From positions 111,788,001-111,852,000 of the forward strand of contig NC_086107.1 in NCBI RefSeq assembly GCF_963921235.1: 64,000 bases of DNA, in the 5' to 3' direction. The DNA is from Mobula hypostoma. Taxonomy: Eukaryota. A model generated the notes under the pieces. It saw only the letters and a program-made list of their open reading frames with translations, ran no database searches and was not told the DNA's origin. Positions 1-13,173 of this stretch are shown one piece after another. Each line of letters starts with the position of its first letter. Position 1 is the first letter of the stretch. A program made the position numbers and the translations under genes.

Positions 1-635
1 ATTGTATACGGTCTTTCATTGACTCTATTGTGTTACTTAGCATTTACTGTGAATATCCACAAGAAAATGAATCTCAGTTTAGTATATAGTGACATATATT
101 TACTTTGGTAAGAAGTTTAGTATGATCTTTGAGATTGGGAAGGTAAAACAAAAGCTAAGTTGATGGAAATGGCATTCTCTATCAATAGGAAGAACTTGGC
201 TATCAGGTGCAGTGTGCTCTCAGGGCTACACACACGAAGTGCTGGAGGAGCTCAGCAAGTCAGGCAGCATCTATGGAGGGGAATATTTCAGGCTGAGGCC
301 CTTCTTCGAGGCCGTCCTTGTAAAGGATAGCGGAGAGAGTGAGATGACAAGCTTAGAAGTGACGGGACGTAATTGTGTGACGCAGCTCAGAGGCCCTGGG
401 TTCCAGTCAATGCAAAGAATTGAGGGAATGCTTCACTGCTGAAGGAGGTGCCTCAGGAATGTTTAACTACGGCTCCATCTGGCTTCACAATCTCTCAGGG
501 CACTTTTTTAAAGAAGAGGTGGTGTTCAAAGTAAACAATGAGCCACCCACACGAAATGCAGAGAGAGATGGTGTAGAGGAAAGGTCTAACCCCATTACTG
601 CACAGCCTAGTCAGTTGGACATTGTGGCACCTACA

Positions 636-1456
636 AAATGTTTGAAAATGTTTGTCAGTTTAGTGAACACCTTTGAACACAAGCCCACCAGGCAGCGGTC
701 AGAGTGGAACGTACTGCAGACACTCCAGGGCAGGGACGTGATGGATTCTGTGCGTTGCTCCCATAGCAAACCAAGTGGCAGGGTGCCTCATCACCAGATC
801 TGACCAACAAGCAACCAGCCCTCGCTTGGCTGGTGGTTAGAGGCGCTCTCAAAGTCAGAGCCTCCCTGTACAGACGGTAAACCATTCCCAAAGTACGCTG
901 CGCTCGGGATGGCTATGGTTGGGGCAGGGTCGGCCACCCACCTCTTCGCAGATTTGCTATGAAGATGGGGAGATAGATGCAAGATAGTCCCAGTTCCTCC
1001 CTAGCAGCTGTGTAACAGAGGACTCCCTGATCCTCGGACTTTTCCTAAGCACACATAGGAGACAGATGTCAGGTGCCGGTGGAAGGTCATCAGCTCACTG
1101 GAGGACACCCTTTGTCTGAAATCTGTTGGGTGTCCAGCACAGCGAGATGTCCATAAGGGAACACTGCAGACTGGAGTACGTTCTGAGCTCGGTGCAGCCA
1201 ATGCTAAGGCTCCATGGGGAAGAATCTTCCGCTACCACACCTGGAGGGGCAGAGTTGGGTGGAGAAGTCCACGGGGTGGGAGGCGGCTATTATCTCGGGC
1301 GTCCACGTGAGTGGCGATGGTGCTATGTTTGTCTTCTTTTTGTTAAAGTTTAAACTATTGACTCAAACATTCATGAGCGTAGAAGATATTTTGCACAGTT
1401 TCTTCCCTTGCATATGTTTTTTAAATATAAGTGAAGTCTATTTTTGGAATTAAAAA
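636..1456 (+). mobile_element. Tx1-like (L1 clade) LINE 3' fragment, decayed
   Basis: Broken frames read ASSPDLTNKQPALAWLVVRGALKVRASLYRR, ..RCARDG.. and ..WKVISSLEDTL..QHSEMSIREHCRL, resembling the C-terminal zinc-finger region of Tx1 ORF2. Ends in gtctatttttggaattaaaaa. Confidence 0.65.
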
Positions 1457-3269
1457 TGGCAATGCGTAATTTTGCTCAGCTTAAGTGTACATGTACTGTA
1501 AATTGTTGACTAGAAAGTTAATATTTCCTGGACGTTGTCCTTCGAGCCACAGGATGTTAGAACGAGGGGTAGGGGAAGCCTGTGTGAAGGAGGAGGCTGT
1601 GAGACCTGGATTCACTGATAGGTTGAACTGGTAGGGTGTGTTTGTATCTCCTTGGCCACATCGCTTATCTGCGTGAAGACGGTTGAAAATGCCACATACA
1701 AATAGGAAGCATTTGTGGTTGTGAAACACCGGGGATAAGACAGAGTTTTTTTTAGGCATCCATTTAATGTCTACTGTAGCCCTGAGTGTGTTTGGCAGGA
1801 CAGTGTAGAAGGGAAGAAGAAGCTTGCATTCTATAGTTCAAAGTTCAAGGTAAGTTTATTATTAAAGTACGTCTATGTCACCGTATACTACTCTGAGATT
1901 CATTTTTTTGAAGGCATTCACAGTAGATCAAAGAAATACAATAGAATCAATGAAAGACTATACACAGACTGGCAAATAACCAATGTGCGAAAGATAAACT
2001 ACGCAAATACAAAAATGAAACAAATAATAAAACAATAAATAAATAGACCGACAGATGAATAAATAAACAAATAAATAAATGCACATGTTTGGGCACATTT
2101 TGGAGTTGGGGTACATAGCAAATGTTTACTTCACCAGCAACCAATCTTCAGACATGAACATGGATTGTAGATTGAGTTTAAGATGCAGCCCAGAGCTATC
2201 TTTTTCATGGAGCTGTGCACGGGAGTTGATTGCAAACCAGACATTGCTGATAAACATTCATTCTGGGTGTCAGGAGTGTGGGTACAAAGAAGGTGTGTGA
2301 CAACTATATGTAATTCAAAGGAAACATTGTAGATACATTGTAACTTTAGGATTGTTCTGCTGTTACCTTTGATCTTTAGCACATAAAAATTCATTTAATT
2401 TTGGGCCAGGAGGTCCCTTGCTCCAAGATTGTTTTAATATGATACCTGCTGCTCGTTTTTGTTGACTAACACACTTCTATATCCGCAAACACGAGGAATT
2501 CTATATCCACTAGCTTCAGCATCTCTCTGGTGACTTTGTTCATGTTACAACACATACATACAACTGAAAACATGAGTGGTAGCATCCTTGAAATTGAATC
2601 TGTAGGTATTTCCTGGGGGGTAATTATTGATCAGGTCACCATGGAGAGCTCTTTGCTCTCAGGGTCAGCTCAGAAACAGACCCTTCAGCCCATCGAGTCA
2701 ATGCTAGCTACCTAGCATTTACACACACTAGTTTCAACCTGACTTACGTTATTACGTGGGTGGCCAAAAGTATGGATATGTAGAGACCATAAGAGAAACA
2801 TATGTAAAGGATTGAGAGTCACTGAATGGTTTATTGTATATAATTTTATTTTTAAATAAAGTATATTTTGGAATTTAAAAAGATACACCACAATAACAGG
2901 CTGTTCTGGCCCAATGAGCCCACACTGCCCAATTACACCCATGGGGCCAATTAACCCACTACCTGGTTAGTCTTTGGAATATTGGAATTTGACAGATGAA
3001 CGTTTGATTTCAACATTTAAGAGAAATTTGGATAAGTACATGGATGGGAGGAGCATGTCAATGGGACTAGGCAGAACTAGAGTTTAGCATGGACTAGATG
3101 GGCCAAAGGGCCTGTTTCAGCGCTGTGATTCTATGTGGGAGGAAACATACAGTGTTTTCCTTACAAACAGTGGCGGGAATTGAACCGAGTCACTGGGGCT
3201 GTAATAGGGTTAAACTACTGTTGCCACCCCTTTTTTCTTCCCATATTCCCATCCATACCCCCCAAAATC

Positions 3270-3362
3270 CAGACATCCCACCTCTCCCGGAAGTTCCGGA
3301 AGTCTCCTGCAAATTGATGGTGCTACCTCCCTGAAATGAGTTTTTGCAGGGCGGGCTGTCTG
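3270..3362 (-). mobile_element. 93-bp MITE with CAGACATCCCACC-type TIRs and 6-bp TSD
   Basis: Begins cagacatcccacc and ends gggcgggctgtctg; aaaatc at 3264-3269 and 3363-3368. Reverse complement of 7431-7523. Confidence 0.85.
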
Positions 3363-4189
3363 AAAATCCCACCACTCACCTACACACTAGGAGCAATTCA
3401 CCCATCAACCTGCACGCCTTTGGGGTGAGGGAAGAATCTGGAGCACCCGCAGGAACACCATGTGGTCACAGGGAGAACGTGCAGACTCCACACAGACAAT
3501 CCCCGAGGTCAGGATCAAAGACCAGCACTTCCACTGTCCCCTCCTTTACCCTGAGTCCCTAAGACACAGGAGCAGAATTAGGCCATTCAGCCCAATGAGT
3601 CTCCTCCACCATTCGATCGTGGCTGATTTATTTTCTCTCTCTCACCCCCACTATCCTACCAACCCTTTCAGATGTGGCGTGGGTGGAAACAGGCAAATCG
3701 GAGGGATCCCTCACGTGGGAGGACGTTCACACAGGGAGCACGCAAACTCTACAAGGATGATCCTGAGGGCAGGATTGAACCTGGGACTCTGGAGTTGTGA
3801 GGCTGGGCCACTGCGCCAGACTCCCCTCGTGCCGGTTTCTGCACGGTATCGATGTGGGTTAACTAATCCACTTTGGCTTCCAAAACTGGTTTGATTTTCA
3901 TCTGCATCTGTAAAGAGACAGACATAAAGATGAAAAATAGAAAGGTCAGCCTTGTTTGTCATGCGTACCTTGAAAAGTTGAAACATACAGTGAAATGCTT
4001 GTGTCGATGACCGACACAGTCCGAGGATGTGCTGGGGGCAGCCAGCAAGTATTGCCACACTTCTGGAACCACCACAGCATGCTCACAACTCACTAACCCT
4101 AAACCTCATGTGGATGGAAACCGGAGCACCCGGAGGAAACCCAGGCGCTTACAGACGGAACATACAAACTCCTCACACACGGCAGCAGG

Positions 4190-4560
4190 AATATAGCTTT
4201 CCCATCAAATCTGGAGTCAGGAAGAATTGTTGAATCTCCCCTGTCTTGTTCACGCGCTGCATAGAGCCTTTTGCTGAATCTGTCCGGAAGGGCGAGAGTA
4301 TAATGGGGTGATATCACCGGGCAGTGGAGGCATGCATGTCAAACCCTCCCCATACATGGGTAATGTCGCCAGCTTTTGCTCAGTTCCATGGTATCTGTGA
4401 TCTCTGGAGCCATGAGGCAGTGGCCCCGCTATCTCTTCCACCTTCGCACCCTTTACCAAATTAATTCCAGTTACATCCATTGGAAGGAACAGAGGTCAAT
4501 AGCACTTCCAACAGTGCCGATTAGAGCCGGCAGTCCTGATGTAAGATTCCCACCTGCATC
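4190..4560 (+). mobile_element. Tx1-like reverse transcriptase fragment (pseudogenised)
   Basis: SFPIKSGVRKNC*ISPVLFTRCIEPFAESVRK matches the RT motif GVRQGCPLSP.LF..CIEP; a decayed YMDD-like segment follows. Confidence 0.7.
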
Positions 4561-5513
4561 CTCGACAATTCCTTCACATCCCCTGCCCTCCCCACTGCTC
4601 ACAGATGCCACTCTGCATCCTCGATCAGATTGTTTATAGCTCCAGATTCCAGCATCTGCAGTATCTTGTGTCTCTCAGCGTAAATCTTTCCGACTGAATC
4701 TCTCAGGACGGACTTGACCATGCACTCTGACCCTTCGGGCAATTCATTTGTATTTTCCTATGTGACTAAGCACATGCAGCTTTTATTTTAATGAGCGGTT
4801 TCAGATCTGTATTAGGTCACTTCCTGTGCAGCCAGGAAGGAGTAAGCAGGAAAGCACGTTGACTGGCAGGAGGCCAGAGGTTGATGTTAGGAGTGAAGGA
4901 AGTTTCTGTTTAAAGCCATCATGTTGTTTCCCCAGCAGAAGCATTGCTTCTTCATTCCTTATTCACTACGCCATGCTACTCAGTCTGCAATAAACCCAAG
5001 GAGCTAGGAGCCTATACCCTGACTCTCATGTCATTTTTGAGTGGAGTTAGACTGACTCTCTAGATGATGTTACAACACTTCAGCGAGGGCAGCCGCTGAG
5101 GCAAAGATGAAACTTTCTATTATTCTCGCTGGCCCAGAAATAATTGACAGGATGATGCAAAAAGAGCTTTACTCTGTAACTGTCCCATATGTATCGATGC
5201 AATTATGATGAAAGCATCTCAGCGGCTATACTTCATGAGGAGTTTGAGGAGGTTAGGAATGCAGTCCAATGCAAGTTTAACTGTCATTAAACCGTACATG
5301 AACACAGTAAAGGAGACTGCGTTACTGACGGGTCAAGGTGCAAAGACACATTACCAGCAGTCACACACAAGATCACAATCGTGCAATAAGAGTCCTGACG
5401 CCCAGTCCTCAACAAACCCACACAGAATATCAGTAAAGTACAACAGCACAGAATATGCATGTGTATAGTCCAGACCCCCCCTCCACCCCCAGCCCACCAA
5501 TATCATCTGTCGA

Positions 5514-5804
5514 AACGACATTAATGATTGTATTCGATGTAATATAATAGCCCAACTTTGTTTAGTTTTGTTTAATTCAGTTTAGTTTAGGTTTTTTTTT
5601 ATTTTGGGTTTTTTTTCTTGATATTTTTTCATTTTTCTTTTTATTATGTTTAATTATATTAAGAGTTTGGGAGGTCTAATATACTTGTATTATCTGTAGT
5701 TTTTACTTGCATATGTCAATTACCAATAATGTAATCCCGATCTCTTTGTATTAGTACTGTTGCTACGTTTATGAATTTGACAATTAATAAAAAGATTAAA
5801 AAAG
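5514..5804 (+). mobile_element. T-rich LINE (L1-like) 3' UTR insertion with 14-bp TSD
   Basis: atatcatctgtcga at 5500-5513 and 5805-5818; aataaa and an A-rich tail at the 3' end. Confidence 0.75.
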
Positions 5805-5932
5805 ATATCATCTGTCGAGCAGTCCTATCACCTACTAGGTAACACCACGGCTTTGAAGCACACATATAGAATATTAGTAAAAACACAACCACACAGATAT
5901 ATACTGTACGTATATATATAAATGCTCAATAT

Positions 5933-6175
5933 GGCAGTGTACTGGTTAGCGTAACGTGGTTACAGTGCCAACGACGCGGGTTCAATTCCACTGCTGTCTG
6001 CAGGAAGTTTGTACATTCTCCCCATGACTGCACAGGTTTCCTCCAGGTGCTCTGGTTTCCGCCAGGCGCACATTCCTAATTCGTACGGGTTAGTGGGTCA
6101 ACACGTGTGTAACTGGGCAGCATGAGCTGTTTGGGCCAGAGGAGCCAGTGACCATGCTGTATCTCTAAAGAAAAA
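5933..6175 (+). mobile_element. tRNA-derived V-SINE-like element (representative copy)
   Basis: B-box gggttcaattcc followed by V-domain-like gtttgtacattctcccc..ggtttcctccaggtgctctggtttcc. Related copies near 3370-3520(-), 4100-4180(-), 17590-17720(+), 38150-38430(-), 38910-39095(-), 42470-42750(-), 61140-61380(-), 62500-62950(-). Confidence 0.7.
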
Positions 6176-7430
6176 GAATAGTTATGACTCCTAATGCAAT
6201 CTCTCACACTCCATATATACGTGTAAGATGGGCTCCAGAAATGGCAGGCGCCCCTGGGAGTGTGTGAAGCAACCTTGAACCTTGCTGCACGGCCCGACTC
6301 TGTGTGACGCTGTCCAAGTCTGAGTTGATCCTGGAGACACAAGCAACTGCTCAATCTGCTGAGTTTCCCAGCAGGTTCTTCTGCTGCCGCCTTGAGAGTA
6401 TTTGGTAGGACAGAGTAGAGGGAGCTTTACTCTGCATCATATCGGCCTTCATCGGATCTGGGTGTTACTGACAGGATAGTACTATTTCAGAGAGGTTGGG
6501 TATGGGGGGAAACTTGGTGGGGGGGTCCGGGCCCAGAGCGTATCTAGGCAACGGGGCCCAGATCTTTCAGTGGGTATCGACCTGATATTCAGATGATTTA
6601 AACGCAGGGCCAGATGGATTGAAAAGGCTGAGGGTCGGGACGTTTACTCTGCTCTCTGCTGCACTGAGACCAAGGGCTGTGGGCCCACCTCAGCTGCTTC
6701 ATGCTTCATGTCTGTGAGCTTCACGGCGATTTGCCCCACTCTGTGAGGCTATGGGCCTACTCCGGCTGCTCCCGGTACATAGACTCAGTTTGGTTTGGAA
6801 TGCTGTTTGCTGCTTGCTTTTATAGCTTGCATGATTTGTGTGATTTTTTTCCTTCTTTTTCTGTGCAGTGGATGTTGGTCTTTTTTTAATTGGGTTCTTT
6901 CACATTTCTTGATTTATGTGACTGCCTGTAAGCAGATGCATATCAAGGTTGTATAATTTCTATGTACTTTGATAGTAAATGTACTTTGAAACTTTGAACC
7001 AGTCCTGAATGTGGATTATAAATTGCAAGCAAGCAGTGAATTGAAGATAAAAGCCTTGTCTTTGCACTTCCTTAAGAACAGGCTCCCCCACAGGCTCGGT
7101 GACTGCATATGCATCAGTGAAACGTTAACACAATGGGGTTTGCGTTCACTGCCCTGCAGTGATCCGGGCAAATATAGACTGAAGTAATTTGCAGCCTCAG
7201 GAAGCTTGCAATTACAGTATTTTGTTTCAGCAGCCGGAGTCTCACAGTCTCCGCGTTTTGCAGAGAGGGGTAAATGCCGCGAGGAGGAAGAGCGAGCGGA
7301 ATTGTCTGACCCTTGCCTTCTGTCCGAACCCCTGCCTTTTCAGTCCCTCTGGGACAGCGTTTAGATAATCCAAACACCGGGTCACTCCCCCACACACTAG
7401 GACCCGGGCACTGCCGCAGTGATACACTCT

Positions 7431-7930
7431 CAAACATCCCACCCTGTAAAAACTCATTTCAGGGAGGTAGCACCATCAATTTGCAGGAGACTCCCGGAAC
7501 TTCCGGGAGAGGTGGGATGTTTGCAATAGAGTAGCTCCTGAGCAGCTAGCCAGCTAGTTTAAATAACGTTAGCTATGCTAATGAACGAATGACTGTTAAA
7601 CTCACCTCAACATGTCTTTTACAGTCTTAACCCACCACGGGCAATAGAAAAGTCACTGTTGCAAACAGTGCAGCGAGCAACACTGTCATTATTTTTGACC
7701 CTCTATTAGGGAGGGGTACACTTTAGTGTAGTCTGGGGTGACGTACGTTTTATATTTTCTTTTTTTGGAACATTCTGCCATGGTGCTCTCGCGCTCTCTC
7801 TCGCTCGCTCTCTCTTGCTTGATCTCAAAAAAATCGATTTCCGGGATATCGTATATAATTTGCGGGCATCAGGAAGCCGCTATCAATATGCGGGCGACTC
7901 CTGGAACTTCCGGGAGAGGTGGGATGTCTG
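7431..7930 (+). mobile_element. 500-bp non-autonomous TIR element with 6-bp TSD and an internal duplicate right end
   Basis: caaacatcccacc...ggtgggatgtctg; cactct at 7425-7430 and 7931-7936; a second right end terminates at 7523. Confidence 0.85.
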
Positions 7931-8607
7931 CACTCTGGGCCTGCACTCCGTTGCCCAGCCTGAGGCCATTCCTGACCTTTCCAAATTGGACTGATCCAAC
8001 CTCACTCTGAAACTTCTCCGCACCGACTCCTCTCCGATTCACTCATTCTAACTCCACCTCCGATCCTAACACCATCCCGACCATGCCTCGACCTTGCTTT
8101 GACCACTTCTCCTCAAGCATGCCTCGCTCCGACTTTCCGTCGCGTCCGCGTGGCCCGGCCCTCGAGTCGGCCTTGCTTTCGCTCACCTCTTCATCGGTTG
8201 GGGTGATAGTTCACCACAAATTACCACAGAAAATGTGTTACTAATAGAGTATTCAGTCGTATTTCTTGCTTTATTAATTACCAGTGAGCTGTTGCCCAAC
8301 TTCAGTAGCACCATCTTATACAGGAAATTTAAATTAATATCTGCTATTTTCACACAACTCCCTTAACAGATGCAATGCCACTAAACTCGTTATCTTCCTC
8401 CTGTACTCCGATGCATCATTATTTGAGATATGACCTACGACAGTAATGTCATCTGAAACTTCTAGCATTTTCAGTCACTGCCTGCAATAAACCAGTACTA
8501 CCACAAGAGGTCTCCATGCGCCATAAACTCTCAGGGTAATATCAAGCATCCCTCATCTCAGACGTGTTTGACATCAACGCAGTGTAAAATGTGCTGGCCT
8601 CCAAGAG

Positions 8608-8830
8608 GACCACAAGCTTGTTGTAGGGTTTGGAGGCTTGTGTGCCTCAATGACCCGGAGAGCGATGTTGGCTGGAGTCAGGGCTTTGTGCTTTGGCTCT
8701 TGGTAGGGTCACCCATGCCAAACAGGTCAAAGGGTAGAGACCAGACTAACAGCGGCCGATTGGACCTCCAGGTTCGGAGGTTCAGCTCAGGGCTAACAAA
8801 CCTGACTGGTAAAACAAAATTGTTATGGAA
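8608..8830 (+). mobile_element. RTE-like 5' region fragment (second copy at about 38445-38770)
   Basis: Both copies share ttggaggyttgygtgcctcartgacc..ggtagggtcaccca..caggt.aaagggtagag, resembling RTE/Expander 5' ends. Confidence 0.5.
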
Positions 8831-9119
8831 TTTTTGAATAATTTCACAAAACATCCATGGTATTTCTGTGCCTGACCAACATGTTATTGCATTTGTTTCA
8901 TTGCTAGCTAGGAGGGCCATTTTGTTGAAGTGGAAGGATACATAGTCATAGTCATACTTTATTGATCCCGGGGGAAATTGGTTTTCGTTACAGTTGCACC
9001 ATAAATAATAAATAGTCATAGAACCATAAATAGTTAAATAGTAATATGTAAATTATGCCAGTAAATTATGAAATAAGTCCAGGACCAGCCTATCTGCACA
9101 GGGTGTCTGACCCTCCAAC

Positions 9120-9660
9120 TCCCTTGAAATTGCACCATCTCGGATCGCAAGACCCTGCAGTGGATAGTGAGGTCAGCTGAGAAGATTATCGGGGTCTCTC
9201 TTCCCACCATTACAGACATTTACACCACACGCTGCATCCGTAAAGCAAACAGCATTATGAAGGACCCCACGTACCCCTCATACAAACTCTTCTCCCTCCT
9301 GCCATCTGGCAAAAGGCACTGAAGCATTCGGGCTCTCACGACCAGACTATGTAACAGTTTCTTCCCCCAAATCATCAGACTCCTCAATACCCAGATCCTG
9401 GCTTGACACCAACCTACTGCCCTCTACTGTGCCTATTGTCTTGTTTATTATTTATTGTAATGCCTGCACTGTTTTGTGCACTTTATGCAGTCCTGGGTAG
9501 GTCTGTAGTCTAGTGTAGTTTTTGTGTTGTTTTATGTCATTCGGTGTAGTGTTTTGTATTGTTTCATGTAGCACCATGGTCCTGAAAAACGTTGTCTCGT
9601 TTTTACTGTGTACTGTACCAGCAGTTATGGTCGAAATGACAATAAAAAGTGACTTGACTT
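9120..9660 (+). mobile_element. Rex/Babar-like LINE 3' end with (gactt)n tail; sister copy 33070-33500 (-)
   Basis: Frame reads ..DPTYPSYKLFSLLPSGKRH..TTRLCNSFFPQIIRLLN; tail gtgacttgactt. Confidence 0.75.
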
Positions 9661-9925
9661 ATGAAGTGGAGTAGCAATAATACAGTTGTATATTTAACTA
9701 TATGTTGTGTATGCTTTTTATGTCAATTTGTACATCTACAGAGTATATTTTTAATCTGTTAATATTATTATTTACCTTATGTGTGGTATGTGATATATGT
9801 ACTGTGTTTTGCACCTTGGTCCCTGAGCAACGATGTTTCGTTTAGCTGTGTATGATTGAATGACAGTAAACTTGAACTGGAACTTGGAGACTTCTCAGTT
9901 CAATGACAATTAATCCGGATTAACA

Positions 9926-10201
9926 GGGCCGGCTGGTGACGCAACGACATCGGCGCCGGACCCGGGAGCGGAGGTTCCCGGGTTCGAAACTAGTCGGGTC
10001 CGTCCCCAAGCACGCTTTCCATCCGTGCTGGGTTGAGTGTCGAGAACGCAACTCGACCTCATAAAACAAAGAAAAAATACTGCAAAAATGTCTGTGTGAG
10101 GAATGGCGAGCCACAGTCGCTCTCTCGCTCGCTCCGCGCCTTGTAAAAAAGCCATGAAAAATCCATCATCACGGACGCACGCAGGCACACGCCAAAAAAA
10201 A
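9926..10201 (+). mobile_element. tRNA-derived SINE with poly(A) tail and ~14-bp TSD
   Basis: B-box gggttcgaaac; A-tail; aatccggattaaca (9912-9925) versus aatcctgattaaca (10202-10215). Related head at about 41085-41170. Confidence 0.75.
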
Positions 10202-10281
10202 AATCCTGATTAACAAATGCATGTTTATCCAGTGGGGCCCACAGAATAAAGAAAAATGCCAAATTGGACCCATAAATAGGA

Positions 10282-10808
10282 TAACATAGAAACATAGAAA
10301 ACCTACAGCACAATACAGGCCTTTCGGCCCACAAAGCTGTGCCGAACATGTCCTTACCTTAGAAATTACCTATCGTTACCCATAGCCCTCTGTTTCTGAG
10401 CTCTAAGTACCCATCCAGGAGACTGTTAAAAGACCGTATCGTACCTGCCTTCACCTCCATCACCGGCAGCCCATTCCACACACTCAGCACTCTCTGCATA
10501 AAAAACTTACCCCTGCCATTTCCTCTGTGCCTGTTTCCAATCACCTTAAAACTGAGCCCTCTCTTGCTAGCCATTTCAGCCCAGGGAAAAAGCCTCTGAC
10601 TATCCACACGATCAATGCCTCTCATCATCTTATACACCTCTATCAGGTCACCTCTCATCCTCCGTCGCTCCAAGGGAAAAAAGGCTAAGTTCACTCAATC
10701 TATTCTCATAAGGCATGCTCCCCAATCCTGGCAACATCCTTGAAAATCTTCTCTGCACCCTTTCTATAGTTCCTACATCCTTCCTGTAGTGAGGTGACCA
10801 GAACTGAA
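10282..10808 (-). mobile_element. CR1 LINE 3' fragment
   Basis: QFWSPHYRKDV..IERVQRRF and LERRRMRGDLIEVYKMMRG in the ORF track; (aacataga)n tail on the + strand. Confidence 0.9.
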
Positions 10809-11349
10809 TAAAGGATAAAGGAGGGGAAGCTGTGCTTGATGATGTGGGCAAGGTCCTTTGAGTCAGTATACACAACAAGTTGGGTGCTACATCACTCTTG
10901 CATATTAATTTTCAAAGATTCAATATTTCTCATCTCTGTCCTCAGTGAGTGAACCATTATTTCAACCCTGTATCGGATCCATCAAACTGCTAATTTACCA
11001 TACACTTCGTTGAGATCAAAGTAAAGTTCAAAATCCAAAGTAAATTTTATTATTAAAGTACATATACAACTCTGAGATTCGTTTTCCTGTGGGCAAACTC
11101 AGCAATTCTATAGAATAGTAACCACAACGGGAATCCATGAAAGATCAACCAGAGTGCAGAAGACAACAAACTGTGCAAAGGAAAATATACATAAATAGCA
11201 ATAACTAACGAGAACATGAGATAATGAGATAAAGAGTTCTTAAAGTAAGATCATTGATTGTGGGAACATCTCAATGATTGAGCAAGTGAGTGTAGTTACC
11301 CCTTTTGTTCCAGAGCCTGATGGTTGAGGGGTGGTGTGAGTCCTGAGCC

Positions 11350-12410
11350 TGACCTCAGTGGTTGGGAAGATGTTGGAGTCAATTGTTAAGGATGAGGTTA
11401 CGGAGTAGTTGGTGACACAGGACAAGATAGGACAAAGTCAGCATGGTTTCCTTAAGGGAAATCTTGCCTGATGAACCTGTTGGAATTCTTTGAGGAGATT
11501 ACAGATAGGATAGATAAAGGGGATGTAGTGGATATTGTATATTTGGACTTTCAGAAAGCCTTTGACAAGATTCCACGCGAGGCTGCTGACTAAATTAAGA
11601 GCCCATGGTATTATAGGAAAGTTACCGGGATGGTTAGAGCATGGGCTGATTGGTAGGAGGCAGTGAGTGGGAATAAGATGATCCTTTTCTGGTTGGCTGC
11701 CAATGACTGAGATGCAAAGGGACCTGGGAGTTCTTGTGCAGACCCCCCTAAAGTTTAACTTGCAGGTAGAGTCGGTGATGAAGAAGGCAAGTGCAATGTT
11801 AGCATTCATTTCAAGAGGTTTAGAATACAAGATCAGGGTGTGATGCTGAGACTTTAAAAAACACTGGTGAGGTCTCACCTTGAGTATTCTGAGCAGTTTT
11901 GGGCTCCTTACCCAAAAAAGATGCGTTGGCATTAGAAAAGGTTCAGAGGAGATTCACAAGGGTGATTCTGGGAGTGAGAGTTATCATATGAGAAACATTT
12001 GATAGCTCTGCGTTTGTACTTGCTGGAATTTAGGAGGATGGGGAGGGATCACATTGAAACCTTTCAAAAGTTGAAAGGCCGAGACAGAGTAGATGTGGAA
12101 TGGATGTTTCCCGTGGTGGGCAGTGTAGGACAAGAGGGCACAGCCTCAGGATAGAGGCTGGGAGATGAGGAGAAATTTCTTTATCAGAGGGTGTTGAATT
12201 TGTGGAACTTGTTACCACAGGCAGCTGTGGAGGCCAGGTATTAAGGCAGAGCTTAATAGGTTCTTGATTGGACATGGCATCAATGGTTATGGGAGAAGGC
12301 CGGGAAGTGGGCCAAAGGAGGGAAAAAAGGGATCAGCCATGATTGTTAGCCAGAGCAGACTTGATGAACCAAATGGCCTAATTCTGCTCCTATGTCTTAT
12401 GGTCTTATTG
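11350..12410 (+). mobile_element. CR1 LINE RT/3' fragment, decayed
   Basis: Encodes LTSVVGKMLES..QHGFLKGKSCL..VDIVYLDFQKAFDK; CR1 3' terminal motif with cttatggt repeats. Confidence 0.9.
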
Positions 12411-12820
12411 TCACCTTCCTCTCAGCTTGAACCAGTCTGGCCATTCTCCTCAGACCTCTCTCATTAACAAAGTATTTTCGCCCACAGAACTGCCACTCAC
12501 TGGATGTTTTTTGTTTTTCACACCATTCTCTGTAAACTCTAGAGATTGTGGATATCTGCTATGTATGAAAACCCCAGGAGATCAGCAGATTCTGAGATAC
12601 TCAAACCACCCCATCTGGCACCAACAATCACTCCACAGTCAAAGTCACTTAGATCAGATTTCTTCCCCATTCTGATATTTGGTCTGAACAACAACTGAAT
12701 CTATTGACCATGTCTATATGCTGTTATGCAGTGAGAAGCCGCCACATGATTGACTAATTAGACATTTGCATTAACGAGCAGGTGAATAGGAGGTAACTGA
12801 TAAAGTGGCCATTGAATATA
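12410..12820 (-). mobile_element. Tc1-like non-autonomous transposon fragment
   Basis: Reverse complement of the 51949-52690 family; TIR ataaagtggccattgaatata near 12800-12820. Confidence 0.75.
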
Positions 12821-13173
12821 AATATCACCCTGCAGCCTCGGACTGCCCTCCACTTCTATCAGCAACTCCGCCGTGTCATCTGTGATCATGCCTCTGACAT
12901 CCACATCCAAATTATTCAGATATCTGACAATCAGGAAATATACCAGCATCAAACTTTTTGGGACACAGGTGTCCAAACACAAAAACAACTCTCTGTCATC
13001 GTAAACACGAGGAATTCTGCAGATGCTGGAAATTCAAGCAACACACATCTGTCATCGCTCTCTATTGCACTGCTTCTCCCACCACATTTTCTGCGACTTA
13101 AAATGCTTTTATCACCTCTCTTTCCCAGTTCTGACAAAAGGTCTTTGACCTAAAGCTTTAACTGTTTCTATTT

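Noticed and set aside
1481..1759. 92-aa ORF in non-repetitive-looking sequence
   Set aside because: No recognisable motif or supporting splice signals.
8608..8830. HDV-like ribozyme in the RTE-like 5' fragment
   Set aside because: Some RTEs have one, but I could not build the nested double pseudoknot by eye.
9926..10000. tRNA gene (also 41085-41150 and 49805-49875)
   Set aside because: These are SINE heads continuous with SINE bodies, and no convincing cloverleaf forms.
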